A stretch of 46,817 nt of DNA from a virus. This document shows, in pieces, positions 41,025 to 46,817 of this stretch. The stretch's first letter is position 1, and every line of letters begins with the position of its first letter. Below the pieces are notes generated by a model. That model was not told where the DNA came from. It was given only the letters and a program-made list of their open reading frames with translations, and did no database searches. A program made the translations under genes and the position numbers. The stretch lies in the IMG/VR virus record IMGVR_UViG_3300045988_073363, positions 1 through 46,817 of that record; one strand, written 5' to 3'.

Positions 41025-41762
41025 TTACTTAACGACTTCTCCCTCAACGACTGTCTCGGAAAAACTCTCAATCTTGTTGCAGATTGAATCGTAATCTCGA
41101 TTCAGAATATCCTTTGCGGTCTTGTAGCCAGCGTCAGCTATAATCTTCGCAGCAGTCTCGGAATCAACGCTGTTCTGTGTGCAAAGCGTGTACAGGCGTT
41201 TCACCTGTTTTGCGGAAATCTTATCGTCAGGTCTTGTCACAGACTGGGCAACCTTGGCAAAGTCAGAAGTTTCAAGCACAGAATCTTCCAAATCTGCCGT
41301 AAAAGAGCCAGAAAGCTGCGCCAAAAGCAGACAAGCATCGACCTCACTGCGTTTTTTCGCAATCTTTAGCTTAGTGTTGGCAAGGTCTGCCGGGTTTGCC
41401 CTGCCGCAGTTTGACTCCAAAGTCGAAGCAGAACCGTAGCCATCTGTAATGTGCTGGCCATTCTTGTAAAGCTCACAACGAAAGCGATAAAAGAAAAATG
41501 GACGTTTACCCTCATCAATTCCAAATTCCTCAACTGCTTTTTCAAGAACAAATTTGCTTTCTACTCCATAAGCCATTAGGATTCTCTCTGCGCCGCTCTT
41601 ATAGAGGGAAGCTTTAGCTGCTTTTGGAATACGACCAAAGTCGATATTGCGCCGAAGTAGTAAATTTTTGTCTCCGATTGTAACACGGTAGTTCTCGTGG
41701 TCAGAGCGCACAACCGCTCCGATGGGGGAATAGCTTCCAGTTGCAACGATTTCTTCACTCAT
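41025..41762 (-). CDS. Candidate single-strand annealing protein (recombinase).
   Basis: ORF track 41025..41768, with ATG at 41762. Lies between the nuclease and SSB genes, the classical exo/SSAP/SSB layout. I recognised no specific family. Confidence 0.35.
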   Translation of the reverse strand: MSEEIVATGSYSPIGAVVRSDHENYRVTIGDKNLLLRRNIDFGRIPKAAKASLYKSGAERILMAYGVESKFVLEKAVEEFGIDEGKRPFFFYRFRCELYKNGQHITDGYGSASTLESNCGRANPADLANTKLKIAKKRSEVDACLLLAQLSGSFTADLEDSVLETSDFAKVAQSVTRPDDKISAKQVKRLYTLCTQNSVDSETAAKIIADAGYKTAKDILNRDYDSICNKIESFSETVVEGEVVK

Positions 41763-41785
41763 TATCAAATTTCTCCTTTGCTTTA

Positions 41786-42475
41786 TTATTTAATTAAATT
41801 GTCCAGCTTTAACTTTTTGATTACCTCGTCAACGTCCCAATTTTTTCGATAAAATCTATCGTACAGTGCAGACCTGCTCATTCCTATTTTATTCGCAAAT
41901 TCGGGAATTGTATAAATATTTCCGTTGTATTCAAATTTTCTTACGGTTCTTTTGTTCCTGTTCTGCTCCGCAATAGAAATAAATCTGCAATTTTCTGGAC
42001 AATAATTACCATTTACGTCAATTCTGTCTATTGTTGTGACACCACGGGCTGCAATTTCGTCATATCCGTTTGCAAGTGCCCACGCCCTAAACGATTCGTA
42101 ATCGTTCCATTCATCGCACATTTTAATTCCTCTGCCGCCGTAATCGCAGAATCCTTTATTCCTTTTGTTATAGCATCTTGTCTTTTTGTTATAGCATCTT
42201 GTCTTTATCGAAGCCCAAACCCTATAAAGTCTTTCGTGCGTGTGCCCATGTTTGTAATTTCTGGCACTTGTTACTTTACTCGAAACCTCTCTTTGCAGGC
42301 ATCCGCAACTCTTTGTATGTCCATCTTTCAAGTGGCTTTTCCCAACTATCACTTTGCGACCACAATCGCATTGGCAAAGCCAAAAAGTCTGGCATTGTTT
42401 TGCAGAAAAATGGTGATAACTAATAGCAACAAGTCTACCATACCGATTTCCAGAAATGTCCTCTCTGTTTTTCAC
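41786..42475 (-). CDS. Cys-rich homing-endonuclease-like DNA-binding protein (function uncertain).
   Basis: ORF track, 229 aa. GNRYGRLVAI..CQCDCG..SCGC N-terminal motif, DRIDVNGNYCPENCRFIS..EQNRNKR, and a C-terminal HTH-like tail. Contains a 21-bp tandem duplication. Confidence 0.45.
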   Translation of the reverse strand: MKNREDISGNRYGRLVAISYHHFSAKQCQTFWLCQCDCGRKVIVGKSHLKDGHTKSCGCLQREVSSKVTSARNYKHGHTHERLYRVWASIKTRCYNKKTRCYNKRNKGFCDYGGRGIKMCDEWNDYESFRAWALANGYDEIAARGVTTIDRIDVNGNYCPENCRFISIAEQNRNKRTVRKFEYNGNIYTIPEFANKIGMSRSALYDRFYRKNWDVDEVIKKLKLDNLIK

Positions 42476-43104
42476 AATGAACTCACCGCCATTCTAACAC
42501 CTTTCAAAGCCCGCTCAATTCGATATATGTTACGGCAACTGTAAAATAACTCACTGCCCTGTTTAGCGTCACACTCGTACAGTCGATATTTTCCATTCCT
42601 CATAAGCTGTAATCCTAAATGTCTAATTTCACTGTCTCCAATTTTTTCTGGTTTATCATTTAGAAGCAAATCGTGGTAAGCTGTCAACTGAGCGCTTAAC
42701 GACAAAATATCAACCTTGTAGCTTGTCTTTATATCAAGAATGCAAAAATAACCATCAATAACGCCGAATCTATCAAGAGTCCCAGCAAACCCAAGCGTTT
42801 CATTTGCCATGCGATATTCCGTGAGTATCCATCCGGGTTTATAGTCTCTCACAAACTGCACATAGGCTTCCAGATACGGCGCGTATTCAGCCGGGAAATT
42901 GTCTGGAATCTCCCCGGAGTAATCATACATTACTGTCGCTTCATGAACCGCAGAGCCGCGCTCTCGCGCCATCAGAGCCATATTGGGGTCAGCGTTATTC
43001 GCCTTATCAACTGCAAGATAACGGATGATGTGCGTTACGCTCGGCAGTTCCTTGCCGTCCAACGTGTAAGTGTGAGTTGCTTCGTCAAACTGAACCTTAC
43101 CCAT
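42472..43104 (-). CDS. PD-(D/E)XK (Cas4/RecB-like) exonuclease.
   Basis: ORF track 42472..43113. The ATG at 43104 has AGGGTG upstream. THTY..G..LPSVTHII, GSAVHE and DRF..ILDIKT fit the nuclease motifs. Confidence 0.65.
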   Translation of the reverse strand: MGKVQFDEATHTYTLDGKELPSVTHIIRYLAVDKANNADPNMALMARERGSAVHEATVMYDYSGEIPDNFPAEYAPYLEAYVQFVRDYKPGWILTEYRMANETLGFAGTLDRFGVIDGYFCILDIKTSYKVDILSLSAQLTAYHDLLLNDKPEKIGDSEIRHLGLQLMRNGKYRLYECDAKQGSELFYSCRNIYRIERALKGVRMAVSSL

Positions 43105-43309
43105 TGCCATCACCCTTGAACAGTGCCTTGTCGCGTTCAGAAAGAATCAGCTTGATTTCTTCCATGCAGGATTCCGGGGAAACAGTGCCATCTTTGTAAG
43201 CATTTGCAATTTCAGCAATCAAATCCACCGCACACATATCGGCTGTTGGCCAATTGTTTTTCCAAAGAAACGTAAGGTCTTTGAGAGTTTTCTTAGTCGA
43301 TTCACGCAT
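43097..43309 (-). CDS. Hypothetical protein.
   Basis: ORF track, 70 aa. The ATG has AAAGGAGAA upstream. Confidence 0.6.
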   Translation of the reverse strand: MRESTKKTLKDLTFLWKNNWPTADMCAVDLIAEIANAYKDGTVSPESCMEEIKLILSERDKALFKGDGNG

Positions 43310-43322
43310 CTTTCATTCTCCT

Positions 43323-43466
43323 TTATCTATCTTCCACAAACGCCATGTTCTTGCGCAGATTGAGCGATTTTGGATTGAGAATACAAGCCGGGGCGACAGC
43401 ACCGCCGTTGCACGCACCGTAGTTGTACAGCAGACCACCCGCGTTCACAGTGCGAACGATGCTCGA
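43323..43466 (-). other. 47-codon open, protein-like -1-frame continuation downstream of the G9 tract.
   Basis: Manual translation: SSIVRTVNAGGLLYNYGACNGGAVAPACILNPKSLNLRKNMAFVEDR, then TAA at 43323-25, ending just before the next gene's RBS. Confidence 0.55.
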
Positions 43467-43906
43467 CCCCCCCCCGCGTCGGAATCCTTATCACCACAGC
43501 CCCAAGGCGTGGCAGTCCAAATCAATCTGTCGTAGTGCGGGATGTAGTCACGATACTTGCGGTACTCATCGCAGGTGAGGATGAAAACGAGGTCTGCCAC
43601 AGCACCATAGGCGCGGTCGCCGTTGTCTGCAACAAGGTCAATGGTGTGTAATAGCAGACTTTTTTTCTCGAAAACGGCGTTCGCCATATCAGATAAAATC
43701 CCCCGTACATTACTGGTGCAGTAGTTATTCCAGTTGCCTTTCTCATCGGCGAATTTATCACTTTGGCAGAATTTTACATCTTTTTTCCACGGCGTTGCCA
43801 TAATAGCCAACACACCGCCGTCAGGGTGGTTCGGGTCAAGGCATACCCACTCGAAGCCCTTAAACATAAAGTGTTCGCCGGGGCGCAGGGTTGTGATGTT
43901 AGTCAT
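43445..43906 (-). CDS. DUF6273-like protein, zero-frame version; truncated 8 codons after a G9 tract.
   Basis: ORF track 43445..43981. The ATG at 43906 has GAAGGTG upstream. FKGFEWVCLD...GVLAIM resembles DUF6273 N-termini. Confidence 0.55.
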   Translation of the reverse strand: MTNITTLRPGEHFMFKGFEWVCLDPNHPDGGVLAIMATPWKKDVKFCQSDKFADEKGNWNNYCTSNVRGILSDMANAVFEKKSLLLHTIDLVADNGDRAYGAVADLVFILTCDEYRKYRDYIPHYDRLIWTATPWGCGDKDSDAGGGRASFAL

Positions 43907-44096
43907 TGTCAAGCACCTTCTTTCCCTTTGCATCGTAGCGCGTATTCCACTGAGCGATTTGGTCAGCTCCAACAATGCCACGGAGGCTCAGCAAACAACT
44001 GTTTTGCGGATGACACCAGATAGTGCTGGGCGCTTCGTTTTTTAGGAAGGCACCACAGAACGGGCAAGGCTTTAGTTTGATGTCAATCGTTACCAT
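43899..44096 (-). CDS. Lar-family restriction-alleviation-like protein.
   Basis: ORF track, 65 aa. The N-terminal LKPCPFCG motif and the small size are typical of the Lar family. Confidence 0.5.
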   Translation of the reverse strand: MVTIDIKLKPCPFCGAFLKNEAPSTIWCHPQNSCLLSLRGIVGADQIAQWNTRYDAKGKKVLDND

Positions 44097-44469
44097 TGTC
44101 GGTCACCTCTGCAAGCCAGTAGTCTTTGCAACACTCTATACATTCGTCGTGCTTTTCACAATATGCTTCTGCCTCTCCTTTTGGCAAGAATCCCCTTGGG
44201 CAAAAAATGATGACTCCGCCATCAGTTTTTGCATTCGGGAATTTCGCATTCGGGAACATCTTCAAGAACTCACTCTGGCGGGTCTTGACGGGGTGGTCTT
44301 TTGCCCATTGCTCGGCAATGCCGACGATTTTGTCTGCATTAACATAATTTTTGGCTAACCAGCATACGGGACACGCACCATTATTCATGCAATCATACGG
44401 GCACTCATAACAGTGCTTATAGATGTGGCACACCCTATTCACTGTTTTAACAAATTCAACTGCGTCCAT
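44083..44469 (-). CDS. Cys-rich hypothetical protein; first gene of the leftward early arm.
   Basis: ORF track 44083..44574. The ATG at 44469 has GGAGAA upstream. The track's 5' extension overlaps the promoter. Confidence 0.55.
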   Translation of the reverse strand: MDAVEFVKTVNRVCHIYKHCYECPYDCMNNGACPVCWLAKNYVNADKIVGIAEQWAKDHPVKTRQSEFLKMFPNAKFPNAKTDGGVIIFCPRGFLPKGEAEAYCEKHDECIECCKDYWLAEVTDNGND

Positions 44470-44535
44470 AGTTATTCTCCTTTTCCGTTTCTGTCGTTTC
44501 GGTTTTTCTCGGATTCTTTCGCTTCCGATACATTT

Positions 44536-44564
44536 ATTATACGCTTCTTTCGTGCGGAAGTCAA
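44536..44564 (-). promoter_or_regulatory. Consensus early promoter (leftward).
   Basis: Minus strand reads TTGACT - 17 nt - TATAAT. Confidence 0.7.
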
Positions 44565-44598
44565 TATCTTTCACAGAAATATTTTTTGAAAATAATGC

Positions 44599-44627
44599 TT
44601 GTAAGCGCAGTTCGGTTGTGCTATAAT
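44599..44627 (+). promoter_or_regulatory. Consensus early promoter (rightward), divergent from 44536..44564.
   Basis: TTGTAA - 17 nt - TATAAT with a TGn extension. Confidence 0.7.
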
Positions 44628-44763
44628 AAAGATGTTATCAGAAGTCTTGTTTGGTGTGGTGGCTAAACAAGGCCATGCAACTAAATAAGACTTCGAGCTT
44701 ACTCTGATTGTACCCACCACGACAGTCAGCGTAGGCTTTTCTTTTTATACAGGGAGATACCAG

Positions 44764-45294
44764 ATGAAATTGTTCGTTAATGGATTTTCGCAAGAAGCGG
44801 TTCTTTTAATGGTTGACACAGTTAAAGACTCGCACGGAAAAGACAAAACAATTCGGATAGATTGCACAGACCTTGAAATTCTTCGTTGGCTTGTTGACTT
44901 CTATCCCAAAATGAGCAAAATTAAAGACGGCGCACACGAGTATGCCTTCTTCACCTATAAAAAGGTACTAGAAGATTTGCCGATTCTAAATATTTCTAAA
45001 CAGGCATTGTCAGACAGATTCAAAAAGATGGAGCATTTTGGGATTCTCCGCGTTTTATGCAAAAAAGAAAGCAATGGAACATTTACGTATGTTGGGTTCG
45101 GAGATTCGTACTTAAAGTTAATAAGTAGTGAGTGTGCAGGAGTAGTCAACTACGCAGGGGGTGGCAAGTTGACTACGAGTGGGGTTAGTAGTCAACTACG
45201 AACCAAAAATAGTAAGTTAGATAATAGAGAGTTAAATAATATAAAGAAAAATTCTAAAAAGAAAGTTTCGGAAACTGAAAAGCTGAACTGGTAA
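44764..45294 (+). CDS. Winged-helix DNA-binding protein with a basic C-terminal tail.
   Basis: ORF track, 176 aa. RBS GGGAGA. ISKQALSDRFKKMEHFGILRV fits an HTH followed by a wing. Confidence 0.55.
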   Translation: MKLFVNGFSQEAVLLMVDTVKDSHGKDKTIRIDCTDLEILRWLVDFYPKMSKIKDGAHEYAFFTYKKVLEDLPILNISKQALSDRFKKMEHFGILRVLCKKESNGTFTYVGFGDSYLKLISSECAGVVNYAGGGKLTTSGVSSQLRTKNSKLDNRELNNIKKNSKKKVSETEKLNW

Positions 45295-45314
45295 TCGGTT
45301 AAGCCGAAAGAGGT

Positions 45315-45363
45315 GCTTCGCCCTATTGGCCGAATCCTTGCGAAAGCAAGGGACCCGCGAAGC
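45315..45363 (+). promoter_or_regulatory. Intergenic stem-loop with a GNRA tetraloop.
   Basis: Outer stem gcttcgc/gcgaagc. Inner stem ccttgc-gaaa-gcaagg. Asymmetric internal loops of 14 and 5 nt. No T-run. Confidence 0.45.
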
Positions 45364-45414
45364 GTAGAAGCCAAAGTTCCGCTTTGTTAAATATTTATCA
45401 AAGTAGGTGAGATT

Positions 45415-45861
45415 ATGCCATCAATGGAGTTCCTTTACGAAAAAGAAATTGTTTGCAAGGACACGGGAGAAGTCTGCAAGGGCTACAATGCGTATTTAAA
45501 GTCTGCGCATTGGCTGAAAATGCGCAAGGCTAAAATCAAGTGGCATGACGGGAAGGCTAAATGCGCTGTATGCGGAAAAGAATCTCCCAATGTGCAGTTA
45601 CACCATGTCAGCTACAAGCATCTTGGCGACGAGCGGCCATCCGATTTAGTTGTCTTGTGCGCAGAATGCCACGAGAAAGTGCATAAAAATAAAGACTTTC
45701 TTAACTTTATGAAGAAACACAGAGCACTTTATTCTGGTCAAGAAACCATGGCTCAACACAAAAAGAGTCAAGCAAAAAAGAAAAAGAAAGAGGCAAAGCG
45801 CAGGAAGATGTACCGCTACGCCACTTGTCCGAACTCTTGTCACGTGAGAAAGGTGTGTTAA
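45415..45861 (+). CDS. HNH endonuclease-like protein.
   Basis: ORF track, 148 aa. CAVCG..LHHVSY..LGDE..DLVVLCAECHEKVH is an HNH/zinc-finger core. Confidence 0.6.
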   Translation: MPSMEFLYEKEIVCKDTGEVCKGYNAYLKSAHWLKMRKAKIKWHDGKAKCAVCGKESPNVQLHHVSYKHLGDERPSDLVVLCAECHEKVHKNKDFLNFMKKHRALYSGQETMAQHKKSQAKKKKKEAKRRKMYRYATCPNSCHVRKVC

Positions 45862-45863
45862 TC

Positions 45864-46118
45864 ATGAGTAAACGAAACACAATCCACAAGCTGCCAGAAT
45901 ACAAAGGTTACAGCGCTTACTACTATTACGATGATGAAGATAAGCTTTGGGTCGGCCATGTTTACGATTCTGCTGACGGAGAGTTTACAGACATGGTTGC
46001 ATGGCATGATACAGAAGAATGTCTGATGGAATACTTGTTCCACAAAGTGGTTGACGATTACATCAGCTTTAAAAAAGAGATGGAGCGAAAATACGGAAAG
46101 CCGAAGAATCGGAGATGA
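45864..46118 (+). CDS. HicB-like (antitoxin-fold) protein.
   Basis: ORF track 45825..46118. The ATG at 45864 has GAAAGGTG upstream. YKGYSAYYYYDDEDKLWVGHV..EECLMEYLFHKVVDDYISF fits the HicB-like N-terminal domain pattern. Confidence 0.5.
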   Translation: MSKRNTIHKLPEYKGYSAYYYYDDEDKLWVGHVYDSADGEFTDMVAWHDTEECLMEYLFHKVVDDYISFKKEMERKYGKPKNRR

Positions 46119-46124
46119 TGACTA

Positions 46125-46226
46125 ATGTTGGGCTTGATTATTGTTTTTGCGTGGGCACTGAAAGTTCCTGCTTTTGTTTTTGCGGTTGCATTGTTTTTTG
46201 GTGCTGTTGAGGTGTTTGGCAAATGA
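46125..46226 (+). CDS. 33-aa hydrophobic peptide.
   Basis: Manual ORF: MLGLIIVFAWALKVPAFVFAVALFFGAVEVFGK. Its TGA overlaps the next gene's ATG (ATGA). Confidence 0.4.
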   Translation: MLGLIIVFAWALKVPAFVFAVALFFGAVEVFGK

Positions 46227-46627
46227 AATACGAAAAAAAGAGTTTTACGTTTGAAGAACTCGCTCAAATGGCGTACAAAGGGGCCAGGAGCGATTTTAAG
46301 ACGCTTTTGCGCGGGTCTGAACAAAGTACCTACCTAGCGCTTCGATACCTTTACAGACTCTACCAGACGGGTGGAATCTCAAAAGAAGAAGCGGGCAAGA
46401 CCAAAGCGCAGATTGCAAGAAGATACGAGAAAGACCGACTGCGCGAAGAACAACTGGAAAGCTCAATCAAGGCGTTTGCGCAAGTCGTACTTAGGACGGC
46501 AAAGGCCAATGAAGATTACCGCAGAGAAAGAACGCTAGACAACGCTGACAAGCTGTGCGAAGCAATTGACGGCGTTATGGTTCAGTCGAATATTGCCGAA
46601 ACAAAGGGTCTTGCAGATGAAGTGTGA
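46223..46627 (+). CDS. Hypothetical helical protein.
   Basis: ORF track, 134 aa. Confidence 0.6.
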   Translation: MKYEKKSFTFEELAQMAYKGARSDFKTLLRGSEQSTYLALRYLYRLYQTGGISKEEAGKTKAQIARRYEKDRLREEQLESSIKAFAQVVLRTAKANEDYRRERTLDNADKLCEAIDGVMVQSNIAETKGLADEV

Positions 46628-46817
46628 GAAGTGCGGCAGTGAGAACGTCTACGTCAAAGATAACGTGAACGTGCCACCAGAAAACACAATTTATCGTAAG
46701 CGGATTTGCAAAAATTGCGGGCATCAGTTTCTTACTATTGAATTTATCTTAGAAAAGGACGATGGCCTTGCGATGCGCGAATGGAATAAATGGCACAGAG
46801 ATGGACATAAAAAAAGC
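46617..46817 (+). CDS. NrdR-like zinc-ribbon protein, N-terminal part; completes at 1..131 across the circular junction (70 aa in total).
   Basis: ATG at 46617. MKCEKCGSENVYVKDN...RKRICKNCGHQFLTIEF has two CxxC pairs laid out like the NrdR N-terminal ribbon. The ORF runs off the window end inside the overlap. Confidence 0.55.
   Translation, partial: MKCEKCGSENVYVKDNVNVPPENTIYRKRICKNCGHQFLTIEFILEKDDGLAMREWNKWHRDGHKKS
46699..46817. repeat. Terminal direct overlap, copy 2 (identical to 1..119).
   Basis: Same 119 bases as the window start. Confidence 0.9.

Noticed and set aside
1-46817. Genome-wide TAG reassignment (code 15-like recoding), as seen in some gut phages.
   Set aside because: Only one in-frame TAG was found. 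ssb ends with the obligatory C-terminal tip DDGDLPF directly followed by TAG. The encoded tRNA-Gln has anticodon UUG, not CUA. Local read-through or a mutation remains possible and is reported as a finding.

Overview
The window is a complete, circularly closed tailed-phage genome, siphovirus-type, with Firmicutes/Clostridia-style Shine-Dalgarno sites and sigma-A-like promoters. Bases 1-119 are identical to 46699-46817, so the unit length is 46,698 bp, and a small zinc-ribbon ORF runs across the junction.

There are four transcription arms:
1. Minus-strand late arm, 20431 down to 152: portal, scaffold, SPP1-gp13-like capsid, connector proteins, major tail protein, G/GT chaperone with a T7 slippery site, tape measure, tail tip, collagen-like and other fibres, an M23 endolysin embedded among the fibre genes, XkdX/CD1375-like peptides, and two holin-type genes. 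It ends in a terminator-bounded accessory cluster.
2. Plus-strand arm, 20579 to 29815: HTH/Zn-ribbon protein, large terminase, wHTH replication-organiser-like protein, dUTPase, DUF3310, ThyX, a 1.1-kb non-coding tRNA island and an HExxH protein.
3. Minus-strand early arm, 44469 down to 30772: Lar-like protein, DUF6273-like protein, PD-(D/E)XK nuclease, annealase candidate, SSB, DnaB-type helicase, resolvase-like protein, and an AAA_5 ATPase with a partner.
4. Plus-strand arm, 44764 across the junction to 131: wHTH protein, HNH, HicB-like protein, small proteins.

I found no integrase, CI-type repressor, cas genes or reverse transcriptase.

The most unusual observations:
- A single in-frame TAG splits a late accessory ORF whose downstream 92 codons have no start codon or RBS.
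- A G9 tract truncates a DUF6273-like ORF whose -1 frame stays open and protein-like for 47 codons.
- A promoter-driven 1.1-kb structured non-coding island carries tRNA-Gln(UUG), tRNA-Thr(UGU) and a third, D-arm-reduced tRNA-like element.
- Two tandem promoter-to-terminator small-RNA units are followed by about 0.5 kb of gene-free DNA with opposed ATAGGG(G/C) motif clusters.
- Three gene-free islands in the early arm share a 16-nt box and carry short-period CGAT-core repeat arrays.

All functional calls come from reading motifs by eye. No database search was run.
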